Positions 8,535-16,667 of a stretch of 24,169 nt of DNA are shown here, one piece after another. Numbering within the stretch: position 1 is the stretch's first letter; each line of letters begins with the position of its first letter. The position numbers and the translations under genes were made by a program. Location: assembly GCA_051874735.1 (NCBI GenBank), contig JBJEGD010000032.1:10464-34632 (forward strand), in the 5' to 3' direction. The notes under the pieces are model-generated. The model ran no database searches and had not been told where the DNA came from. It worked only from the letters and a program-made list of their open reading frames with translations. Source of the stretch: Candidatus Bruticola sp. GTDB taxonomy: Bacteria; Vulcanimicrobiota; Xenobia; Xenobiales; Xenobiaceae.

Positions 8535-10046
8535 ATGCATAGCGATCAAGAAAGCACTCCCAACTGGCTCAGCCCCCAAACTCTGATCTCTAAAAACAGA
8601 TCTGTGCGCAGCAAACGGCGCCAAAACCTTTGCCTGCTGATTGAACCGGAAAGTGCTTCCTGGGCGGTGCTCCCTCCAGATTATCAAAGTTTTTGGAGTG
8701 CGCTGCCTCCAGTTTGCACTTACGATCAAGCTATAGCTTTAGATCATCCTTTTCCTACTACCAAGCGCAGCCAAGTGTTGCTCGAATTCTACAGACGCAA
8801 CTTTATCAATGCCAACGGACGCTACTATCTAAATACAGAGCGCATTTTTAAACGTCCCTGCACTTATCCCCACTTCATATGCTTCCATATAACTGAGGCC
8901 TGTAACTTAGCCTGCCGCTACTGCATGGCAGATTCTTTGCCCGGCAAAGCCTCTATGCCGCTCAGTACCTTTAAATTTATTATACGCAAAGTACTAACTG
9001 AACTGCCTAATAATTCCTTTACTGTTGACTTCCATGGCGGGGAGCCGATGCTGGCTTTTGACAAAATAGAAGAAGCCATCCTGAGCACCGAAGAATTCAA
9101 TCGAGAAGCGAAATTAGGTAAAAATCTTTATTATTCTTTCCAAACTAACGGCACACTGCTTAACAAAGAAAACATTAAGCGCCTTCTCCAATTGCCCAAT
9201 CTGCGCATCGGCGTAAGTTTAGATGGTCCTCAGGAAGTTCAAGATAAGAACCGCCTTTTTGCAGGCCCCGCTCCCCAAAAAGGCAGTTTTCAAAAGGTTG
9301 TCGCTAATTTTCAATTAGCTAGAGAGATGGGCCTCTTTATGGGAGTGCTGGGGGTAATTCACAATCCACACGACTATTTGAAATCGTTCAATTTTTTTGC
9401 TGATACTCTGCAGATACGCGATTTTCGTCTAAACTATTCATCTTACATAGGACGCAGCGCTAAACTGCTCGATTTTCCTCTCGATCGAGCTGAAGAATTT
9501 GCCAAGTGTTGGCTGGAAATGATAGACAGAGCTTACGCCTATGCCAAAGAACATGACATCTGCTTTACTATAAGCGACATAAACAACCAAATAAACAACT
9601 TAGTCCGCAAAGAGCGCAACTTTATGTGCTACCGCTCTCCATGCGGCGCAGGCAACTCTGTATTTGGCTTTGCTATCGACGGCGGTATACATGCCTGCGA
9701 GGAAATGGCCTCCAGCGGCGCTTGTCGCTTAGGTAATATTTTTGATCCAGGTCTAAATTTAAAAGAGTTAATCGACACCAGCCCTCTGATTAAAGAGCTT
9801 AACGATCGTAGTGTTAAGAATATTCCTAAATGCAGCCGCTGCCCCTATCGGCGCTTTTGCACTGGAGGATGTACTTCCAAAGCCTTAGCCTTCTTTGGTA
9901 CTTTCAAAAGAGAATCGCCCATGTGCGGCTACTATCAGAAAGTATTTGAAGGACTTATGTGGCGTCTATATGAGCATCCGGATATGGTTTACTATCTGGG
10001 CGGCCATGAACTGCAAAATTTCGATTTCCGCCCCTTCGTAAAATGA
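8535..10046 (+). CDS. Radical SAM/SPASM maturase 2 with RRE-like N-terminal extension
   Basis: CNLACRYC, FHGGEPML, QTNGTLL, GVSLDGP. SPASM region MCYRSPCG...HACEE...CSRCPYRRFCTGGC...SPMC. Confidence 0.92.
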   Translation: MHSDQESTPNWLSPQTLISKNRSVRSKRRQNLCLLIEPESASWAVLPPDYQSFWSALPPVCTYDQAIALDHPFPTTKRSQVLLEFYRRNFINANGRYYLNTERIFKRPCTYPHFICFHITEACNLACRYCMADSLPGKASMPLSTFKFIIRKVLTELPNNSFTVDFHGGEPMLAFDKIEEAILSTEEFNREAKLGKNLYYSFQTNGTLLNKENIKRLLQLPNLRIGVSLDGPQEVQDKNRLFAGPAPQKGSFQKVVANFQLAREMGLFMGVLGVIHNPHDYLKSFNFFADTLQIRDFRLNYSSYIGRSAKLLDFPLDRAEEFAKCWLEMIDRAYAYAKEHDICFTISDINNQINNLVRKERNFMCYRSPCGAGNSVFGFAIDGGIHACEEMASSGACRLGNIFDPGLNLKELIDTSPLIKELNDRSVKNIPKCSRCPYRRFCTGGCTSKALAFFGTFKRESPMCGYYQKVFEGLMWRLYEHPDMVYYLGGHELQNFDFRPFVK

Positions 10047-10081
10047 ACCCTAAAGCAATTTTTGGGTAAGCAAAACTCATT

Positions 10082-10177
10082 TCTGCATCCTGTCCGAATT
10101 CAGAATAAAATCTGCTATTTTCTAGTTATAAAATTAGTTAACAGCAGAGCTTAGCTCTATAAACGACAGGATGCAGA
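10082..10177. repeat. 13-bp perfect inverted repeat enclosing nested stems
   Basis: TCTGCATCCTGTC (10082-10094) and GACAGGATGCAGA (10165-10177). Inner TCTGCT/AGCAGA and CTAGTT/AATTAG pairs. Confidence 0.75.
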
Positions 10178-10241
10178 GTAAAAAGACAAAGCAGTACTCA
10201 AAAAAATTGGATGCGATTCGACTATCTGCTGCGATTAGAAC

Positions 10242-10272
10242 AAAAAAAAAGAGCTGAATGACTCAACTCTTT
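10242..10272 (-). terminator. Rho-independent terminator of tRNA-Arg copy 1
   Basis: Minus strand GAGTTGAG-TCA-TTCAGCTC followed by T9, immediately after the CCA end. Confidence 0.85.
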
Positions 10273-10274
10273 CG

Positions 10275-10350
10275 TGGTATACCCGGAGGGACTCGAACCC
10301 CCAGCCTATTGGTCCGTAGCCAATCGCTCTATCCGTTAAGCCACGGGTAC
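10275..10350 (-). tRNA. tRNA-Arg(ACG), copy 1
   Basis: 76-nt cloverleaf GTACCCGTGGCTTAACGGATAGAGCGATTGGCT-ACG-GACCAATAGGCTGGGGGTTCGAGTCCCTCCGGGTATACCA with encoded CCA. Confidence 0.97.
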
Positions 10351-10407
10351 ATATACAGCGTGAGAATCACTACCCCAATCGTCCGGACAGCTCAACTCAA
10401 CGACTCT

Positions 10408-10436
10408 TTTATACCACAGCTACCAATCTTAGTCAA
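10408..10436 (-). promoter_or_regulatory. Sigma70-type promoter of tRNA-Arg copy 1
   Basis: TTGACT-N17-TATAAA with extended -10 TG. Confidence 0.8.
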
Positions 10437-10672
10437 GGGCTGCTGTTTTTTTATTTACGCTGCTTATTTATATGGAACCATCTGAATATATTTGCCCCTA
10501 CTCTAATTCAGGCGTTGATGGTTTTTCTTTAATAAACACCATAAAACACGCCTACTTCTTATGTTTAGCACGATGTCCATAGTCAATAACTAATAACAGC
10601 CCGAAACGACACAGAAAATATTTTTAAGGGAAGATCTGCTAACTAGCCCAGCGGAAGCGCTGCGATTAGAAC

Positions 10673-10704
10673 AAAAAAAAAGAGCCGAACAACTCAGCTC
10701 TTTT
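10673..10704 (-). terminator. Rho-independent terminator of tRNA-Arg copy 2
   Basis: Minus strand GAGCTGAG-TTG-TTCGGCTC followed by T9. Confidence 0.85.
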
Positions 10705-10705
10705 G

Positions 10706-10781
10706 TGGTATACCCGGAGGGACTCGAACCCCCAGCCTATTGGTCCGTAGCCAATCGCTCTATCCGTTAAGCCACGGGTAC
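10706..10781 (-). tRNA. tRNA-Arg(ACG), copy 2
   Basis: Identical to 10275-10350 and offset by 431 bp. Confidence 0.97.
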
Positions 10782-10820
10782 ACTTTTTATTACTCAGCGG
10801 TCTCGCCGCTCACGCCCAAA

Positions 10821-10849
10821 TTTATAGCACATCTGGACATGTTAGTCAA
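10821..10849 (-). promoter_or_regulatory. Sigma70-type promoter of tRNA-Arg copy 2
   Basis: TTGACT-N17-TATAAA with extended -10 TG. The spacer differs from copy 1 while the boxes are identical. Confidence 0.8.
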
Positions 10850-10927
10850 GAGCTGAGAATATTTTTTTCAAAGGATAAACTTCAGCAGCTACTGTCGCCC
10901 TTAAGTTTACTCTTGCTGTTTCTTGAA

Positions 10928-11311
10928 TTACACCGCTGAAGCCGTTTGATCAGAATCAGTATTCTTAGCGGTTCGATCATGATCTTTAAGACGGCGCTGC
11001 ACATCCCAAATGAGATAGCAAATGGCCCAACCTCCGATAAAATAAACCATATAAGAGTACCAGAAGGGCAAATTTTCACCACAGATCCAAATATATACCC
11101 AAGGGGACACGTTGGTGCTGACATTAAGAAAAACCCAACCAGGAATAACATTCCAACGGCGAGCTATAGCCAACTTTACAATATAGATAATAGTCCACCA
11201 AAAGATCACGCTTTTAATGGAATACATAGTAATAAAAATAAAAGGATTAACTTTGTAATAATTCAGACATAAATCCCACCAGTAAGCTACAAAATTACTT
11301 ATAAAATCCAT
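10928..11311 (-). CDS. Small Trp/Tyr-rich integral membrane protein (~3 TM)
   Basis: 127 aa with three hydrophobic aromatic-rich segments and a charged C-terminal tail. Co-oriented 109 bp downstream of the GT-C-like gene. Confidence 0.75.
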   Translation of the reverse strand: MDFISNFVAYWWDLCLNYYKVNPFIFITMYSIKSVIFWWTIIYIVKLAIARRWNVIPGWVFLNVSTNVSPWVYIWICGENLPFWYSYMVYFIGGWAICYLIWDVQRRLKDHDRTAKNTDSDQTASAV

Positions 11312-11420
11312 GCAATTTTCAATCCAAATAAAGTAACACTACCCATTGCGGGCCTAAAAGGCCTTTCCTCTTGCGGCCGTTTCTACCTCTTGTCCGTCTA
11401 TCCATATCTAAACGGAACTT

Positions 11421-13106
11421 TTATTTGTCCTTTTTAAATAAAAATAGTCCGGCCTTAATATGAGCTTCTTCTGCTAATAAAGTTACCTCCCAGCCTTCCC
11501 AAAATTCTAAATTGTAAGTATTATCAGAACTTTTATAGAGACAGACCACCATCAGGTTAGTATCCTTAGCTCCCCCAAGCTCCCCTTTCTGCTCAGCCTG
11601 ATCTGTTAAAGAGCCAAGTGACAACAGACCGGCAGCATCCAACAACTTGTTTTCTATATAAACTTGACCTCCCCAGCGGTAGACCGCATCACAGAATAGA
11701 TGAGTATCGGGCACAACTAAAGGCACGCCATTGCAGGCGGCCAGCTGCACTGCTTGAAACATAAAACGATCGTAATCATCCTGCATAGGATTGAGCTTAA
11801 TAGCGGAAGCACAACCCAAATAAGGTGTAAATGAAGCTAGCATCATACCCCAAGCAATCCATTTGTACTTACCTCCACGCCACCTTAGATGGTTAAAACC
11901 ACTGAACGCTAAAAAAGCCATCGGCACTATCACAACATAGGCAAAGCGCCAAGAGTCATACGAATAGACGCTAGCGTAGTCGCCGAAAGGATACCAAGAG
12001 AGGAACAAAGTTAATAAGCTCAACCACAGCGCTGCGGCCCACCTGTTCAAGCTTGGTTTTTGATAATTATTTTCACCTTCTAGATCGGCAGAATTCCAAC
12101 ATAAGGCTAAAAGTGACAATACCGTTAAAGCAGTCGGCCAGCCCTGATTTTTGATAAAAAACAGCAGATTATTTAGAATGTTGAGAGCCCTATTTTGCCA
12201 AATAGTTAATCCTGGCCGGGCTACGGCTTCAAAGTGGTGATTCAACTGAGGAGGATGAGCGAAAACAGCCCAAAAAGCGGGCCAACTAAATAAAATCGCA
12301 ATAAGGATTCCACCTATAATCATGGGCCAAGATAGCTGACGGTCGCTAACAGACACGCTCAATTTCAAGCCCCCTATAAGCAAAGCTAAGAATAAAGCGA
12401 CAGCCCCTTCCGGCCTCATTTGCACTAAAAAAGCGGCACTGAGAACTAACCATAGGCTGCCCCAAACTTTAGGCAAGCTCTTATAAGCTGCACAAGCTAA
12501 AAAAGTTAAAACTAAAGCGCTTAAAGCTGCTGGTTCAGCTGAAGCCCCCTGGGCTAAAGCCCTTATAAAAGGAAGAAAAGCCAAAGACAAGCATACAGCC
12601 CAAGCGCTTACTCGCTCTCCCCAACAGCGCAAAGCCACAAAAAGACCAGCTAAGCTTCCTATTAGCAGCAGCTTATTTAACAATGCTCCGTAATACCACA
12701 TCGGCATAGAAGCTGGGCGGCCCGACAAAGTACTTATAAACTTATAAAAAATGCCGATCAGACAAGGCCACCCCTGCGGATATGGAGGCTGAAAATGCTC
12801 ATAAATCTTTACCTGATCGATTCCCCCTTCATAAACCAGAGGACAGACTATGCCCCGATCGGCAATATTTTGAGCAATAGCGGCATAATAAAATTCATCG
12901 TTATAAACATGAGCTTGAAAAAAATTTTGGGTGCTTAATAACAAGCCAAATACTATAAATAGTGATGATAGGGCAAACCAATCCCAAATAGTCCAACGCT
13001 TTACTAGAAAAAACAGAGCATACAACGACACTATAAGCGACAGAATCAAGTGGATAGAGAAGATCCAGATATATCCGCCCTCTATCAGCCACGGTGAAAT
13101 TTCCAT
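11421..13106 (-). CDS. Multi-pass GT-C-fold (ArnT/PMT-like) glycosyltransferase
   Basis: YNDEFYYAAIAQNI acidic motif in the first extracytoplasmic loop, PYPQGWP, SAEP, QMRPEG, late RF motif and more than 10 hydrophobic segments. ATG 13106 preferred over the track's 13214. Confidence 0.7.
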   Translation of the reverse strand: MEISPWLIEGGYIWIFSIHLILSLIVSLYALFFLVKRWTIWDWFALSSLFIVFGLLLSTQNFFQAHVYNDEFYYAAIAQNIADRGIVCPLVYEGGIDQVKIYEHFQPPYPQGWPCLIGIFYKFISTLSGRPASMPMWYYGALLNKLLLIGSLAGLFVALRCWGERVSAWAVCLSLAFLPFIRALAQGASAEPAALSALVLTFLACAAYKSLPKVWGSLWLVLSAAFLVQMRPEGAVALFLALLIGGLKLSVSVSDRQLSWPMIIGGILIAILFSWPAFWAVFAHPPQLNHHFEAVARPGLTIWQNRALNILNNLLFFIKNQGWPTALTVLSLLALCWNSADLEGENNYQKPSLNRWAAALWLSLLTLFLSWYPFGDYASVYSYDSWRFAYVVIVPMAFLAFSGFNHLRWRGGKYKWIAWGMMLASFTPYLGCASAIKLNPMQDDYDRFMFQAVQLAACNGVPLVVPDTHLFCDAVYRWGGQVYIENKLLDAAGLLSLGSLTDQAEQKGELGGAKDTNLMVVCLYKSSDNTYNLEFWEGWEVTLLAEEAHIKAGLFLFKKDK

Positions 13107-13372
13107 TTTGCCAGCCTGCTTTCTAGGCAGGGTTTCCTGCTGCCTTATCTTCACAACAGTAAGCAGCTGTCGTCCGCGCCCTCTTAATGAACAAACAGTA
13201 TAAAACAAAAACACAAAAAATACCTAGTAAACCTGGTTTAATTGGTATACTGAAAAGGGCAAAGCAAACACGCTAGAGAAGGGAAAATGTATTTTTGGGC
13301 GCTTATAGTTGGCCTAAGCATTCAGTACTTGAGCTGCGCCGCTTCAAATACAGATAAGTTGTGGGAGTACAT

Positions 13373-14989
13373 ATGAGTGATAACAAATTGCCGCCCCATG
13401 CGGTTGGTCCGTTGCCGCAGCGCAGAAGGGGACAAGATAAGACAGATTACGACAGCCTAGATTATCAGCCGCCTTCTCAGGAACTCAGCGAAGATTATGT
13501 AATAACTAGTCCGGGCACAGTCCTGACCATTCTTGGTGTGTTGATAGCGGTGTGCATTGGGCTGATAGTTTATGGAGCTTTCTTCAAAAGTGGCAAAGAA
13601 GCAGAAACTGCTATACCTCTGAGCGCCACTTTAACTCAAGGAAAAGACGTCAAAGCCAATATTAGCCCTTCCCAGTGGGTCACCCTTTCAGTACCTAACA
13701 CCATTGAACAAGATCAAATCATCAGCACAGGTTCGGACCGTATTTACTTTTTCGAGCTGCCCGATAACGCATCTTTGCGCGCCGATGCTTACACGAGTTT
13801 CAAATTTACTGGTGTAAAAAAAGTGGGACTCAATACTATCATTCATGTTACTCTGTTCAAGGGCAGCCTTTTTGTCTACGACAGCATGCACACAAAAGTA
13901 GCGGTATCCACAAAATTCTGTCATCTCAATCCTTTAGCTACCAGATACGGCGTCAAACAGGTTGAAGCTACCGATCTCACTGAGAAGACTGAAGTTCGCG
14001 TCTATGAAGGTAGCGTAGAAGCTATCCATGCTGACGATGCAAAAATTAAGTTCATTATTAACGCCAATCAGCAGATCGATATTACAGATATGACTGTCAA
14101 AGAGCCTTATGCTTTAACCAAAGACGCTTGGTCTAATTGGAACAGAAAGTGGAAGAGCTTAGGCGAAATTAAAAACGGTAAAAGCGTCAGAATTAGTCGC
14201 AGCGTGTTGAACGAAAAATTGAATACCAAAATTAATCAGACTAACGCCCTGCCCGCTCCTGTTGATAATTTCCCAACTCCTGCTGCAACCGACTATCAAA
14301 CTAATGTTGAGCAAAGAAATATTACCAACAGCTCCAGCGGTGCTGTCCAGATCAATACAGTGCCCAACTCGTCGGCGCCTCCTCAGCAGCCTATTCAAGC
14401 TCAGCCCCCGGTTCAAGCTTACGAGCCTCCGCGCGCTGTGCCGGCTCCCGTTCCTCCGCCGACTCCTCCCAGTAATGAGAACCGTCGTCAAACTCAACCT
14501 TCCAATGACAATTTTAAACCTCTGTATGGCGGAGATAGTTACGCTCCTCCAATTAGAAGCGGCAATAAAGGCTTCGGAAGTTCATCTCCAACTACTATTC
14601 AGACCCCTCCCAGAGTTCCCCATAACAGCAGTTCTTCCAGCAAAGGTCGCAGTTCTGATATTTCCAATATGATCGCTCCCCCTCCGCCTGAGCCCAGCGC
14701 TCCTCAATACGGCGGAGATAGAACGGCAGAATTTGCTCCTATTGAGAATTCAAGTTCTAGTTCTGCCGGGCGCAATAAAGATTCCGGTCAGAAAAAAGGA
14801 CAGGGCAAACGAGACAATCCGCATATGGTACTCGATCAGAACGGCTTTATGTATCCGAATCACGACTACGAAAATGCGGCGCCTAGAACCAGCGATGATC
14901 CTCTGGACGCCATCACCGATCCAGATGCTAACGTTCTTAGAGCTAAGCCTCCCTCAAAGAATGCTCTGGACGCCTCTACTTATAGGTAA
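13373..14989 (+). CDS. Single-pass membrane protein with FecR-like beta domain and long Pro/Ser/Asn-rich disordered tail
   Basis: TM segment near aa 50-70. FecR-like ISTGSD...FELPDNASLR...LFKGSL...ATRYGV...TEVRVYEGSVE, then DAWSNWN, then low-complexity PAPVPPPTPP/SSSSS region. ATG 13373 has a GGGAG RBS. Confidence 0.75.
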   Translation: MSDNKLPPHAVGPLPQRRRGQDKTDYDSLDYQPPSQELSEDYVITSPGTVLTILGVLIAVCIGLIVYGAFFKSGKEAETAIPLSATLTQGKDVKANISPSQWVTLSVPNTIEQDQIISTGSDRIYFFELPDNASLRADAYTSFKFTGVKKVGLNTIIHVTLFKGSLFVYDSMHTKVAVSTKFCHLNPLATRYGVKQVEATDLTEKTEVRVYEGSVEAIHADDAKIKFIINANQQIDITDMTVKEPYALTKDAWSNWNRKWKSLGEIKNGKSVRISRSVLNEKLNTKINQTNALPAPVDNFPTPAATDYQTNVEQRNITNSSSGAVQINTVPNSSAPPQQPIQAQPPVQAYEPPRAVPAPVPPPTPPSNENRRQTQPSNDNFKPLYGGDSYAPPIRSGNKGFGSSSPTTIQTPPRVPHNSSSSSKGRSSDISNMIAPPPPEPSAPQYGGDRTAEFAPIENSSSSSAGRNKDSGQKKGQGKRDNPHMVLDQNGFMYPNHDYENAAPRTSDDPLDAITDPDANVLRAKPPSKNALDASTYR

Positions 14990-15011
14990 AATGCCCTGAA
15001 TTTAGTGGTTA

Positions 15012-15049
15012 ACAAGCGATTCATCCATATGCACGGATGAGTCGCTTGT
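15012..15049 (+). terminator. Strong hairpin after the FecR-like gene (terminator or processing stem)
   Basis: ACAAGCGATTCATCC / GGATGAGTCGCTTGT 15-bp stem (one G-U), weak T tail. Confidence 0.6.
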
Positions 15050-15160
15050 CTTGTTAAAGATTATAAGTTTAAACCTTTACCTTCAATAGGCAGTCGAGGC
15101 AGTTTCCCTTAAGTTCTCCCTGTCAAGTACATCTCAGCTCAAACAAGGACAGATTGTATA

Positions 15161-16651
15161 GTGAAAATTCTCCTCATAAATCCCCCTTTATCGACAGAAG
15201 AGCAGCATAATCCAGTAGTAGCTAATCTCTTCTCTAACGCCATGCCCTTGGGAATTCTTTATATAGCCTCATATTCAATCGAGCGCGGGCTGAACGTCCA
15301 AGCTATCGACGCCCCAGCCGAACGTTTGAGTCTGGATGAAACTATGGCCAGAGTGCGCAAATTCAGCCCCGACGTAATAGGATTAACTACAACTACGCCG
15401 GTCTTTCACCGAGCCATCGCTCTAGCTAGAGCTTTAAAAGCTTGGGCGCCTAAGCTTCCTGTAGTTGTCGGCGGTCCTCATATAAATGCGGCCCCTATAA
15501 CCTCCATGCTGCACGATTGCTTCGATATTGGCTGCATCGGTGAAGGTGAAGAAACTTTCTATGAACTAGTTACAGCCTTAGATCAAGGGAAATCACCTGA
15601 GCATATCCACGGTCTAATTTTCCGCCACTCCTCTGGTCTCATCCGCTTCACTCCTCCGCGGGCTCCGCTTATGAATCTTGATATACTACCTTTTCCAGCC
15701 CGCCATCTACTTAACAGCAAACTTTACACTTCACTACCTACAGACGTCCGTTTTTTACCTAAGTTCACAGTTTTAGCCACTAGAGGCTGTCCTTTCCGCT
15801 GCACTTTCTGCGATCACGCTTCTGAAGGTGAAAAGTACCGCACCGCCTCTCCGACCTATATGGTCAATGAATTGGAAATGCTGGAAAAACAGTACGGAGC
15901 CCGCGAGGTCGCTTTCGTAGGGAGCACTTTCACAGCTAAACGTGAGAAAGCTATCGAACTGTGTAATCTTATTTTAGAGAGAGGTTTGAAGCTCAAATGG
16001 ACTTGTTCCACCCGCGTCGACGTCGTCAATGAAGAATTGCTGCGCTTAATGAAACGAGCAGGCTGCTGGTCCATACGTTTCGGAGTTGAAAGCGGCAACC
16101 AAAAAATTCTGAATCTTATTCATAAAGGCATTACTAAAGAACAGGTCACTAAAGCGGTCAACTTATGCGAAAAAGTAGGTATCTGCACTAAAGCCTTCTT
16201 TATGGTCGGCCATCCAGGCGAAACTATTCAAACTATGGAAGAGACTATCGATTTTGCCTGTTCTTTGCCACTCACCGATATAACTGTGCAGATCAATACT
16301 CCGCTGCCAAATACTCATCAGTATTCTATTGCTAAAGATTACGGAACTATTCCCTCGGTCGATTACTCAAAATACTCCTTCTTCTCGCCAGTCTTTATAC
16401 CCCATGGTCTGACTAAAGAAGATCTAGCCTACTATCACAAGGAGTTTTATCGCCGTTTCTTCTGGCGTGTACCGACTATAAAAAGACAACTCAAAAAGGT
16501 GGCGCACTTTGCTACTTTAATGAATTATTTGCGCTGCCTCGATCTAATTTTGTATCTTACCCTAGACGTTTTCAAACGGCCCAGCCGCAATTCATCAGCA
16601 GATCCGCAGCTGTCTTCGCCGGTTGGCGAAACTTCCAACCTTCACAATTAA
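15161..16651 (+). CDS. Cobalamin-binding radical SAM enzyme (class B type)
   Basis: MKILLINPP, MPLGILYIAS, VVVGGPH, GEGEET mark the B12-binding domain. RGCPFRCTFC, FGVESGNQ, FFMVGHPGET, TPLPNT mark the radical SAM core. Confidence 0.93.
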   Translation: MKILLINPPLSTEEQHNPVVANLFSNAMPLGILYIASYSIERGLNVQAIDAPAERLSLDETMARVRKFSPDVIGLTTTTPVFHRAIALARALKAWAPKLPVVVGGPHINAAPITSMLHDCFDIGCIGEGEETFYELVTALDQGKSPEHIHGLIFRHSSGLIRFTPPRAPLMNLDILPFPARHLLNSKLYTSLPTDVRFLPKFTVLATRGCPFRCTFCDHASEGEKYRTASPTYMVNELEMLEKQYGAREVAFVGSTFTAKREKAIELCNLILERGLKLKWTCSTRVDVVNEELLRLMKRAGCWSIRFGVESGNQKILNLIHKGITKEQVTKAVNLCEKVGICTKAFFMVGHPGETIQTMEETIDFACSLPLTDITVQINTPLPNTHQYSIAKDYGTIPSVDYSKYSFFSPVFIPHGLTKEDLAYYHKEFYRRFFWRVPTIKRQLKKVAHFATLMNYLRCLDLILYLTLDVFKRPSRNSSADPQLSSPVGETSNLHN

Positions 16652-16667
16652 GAGAGGTTAGACAACT

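Noticed and set aside
10171-10257. 28-aa ORF MQSKKTKQYSKKLDAIRLSAAIRTKKKS as RiPP precursor
   Set aside because: No properly spaced RBS, Lys content comes from A-runs including the tRNA terminator, and there is no core-like motif.
10258-10485. 75-aa ORF
   Set aside because: Antisense translation of tRNA-Arg copy 1 and its promoter.
10275-10781. attL/attR of an integrated element at tRNA-Arg
   Set aside because: Both copies are full length with their own promoter and terminator. There is no integrase and no partial 3' tRNA repeat elsewhere in the window.
13253-13345. c-di-GMP-I riboswitch (GGGCAAA ... GGCCTAA) ahead of the FecR-like gene
   Set aside because: The GNRA-capped P2 stem and GCAAAGC junction are missing. 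Only isolated words match.
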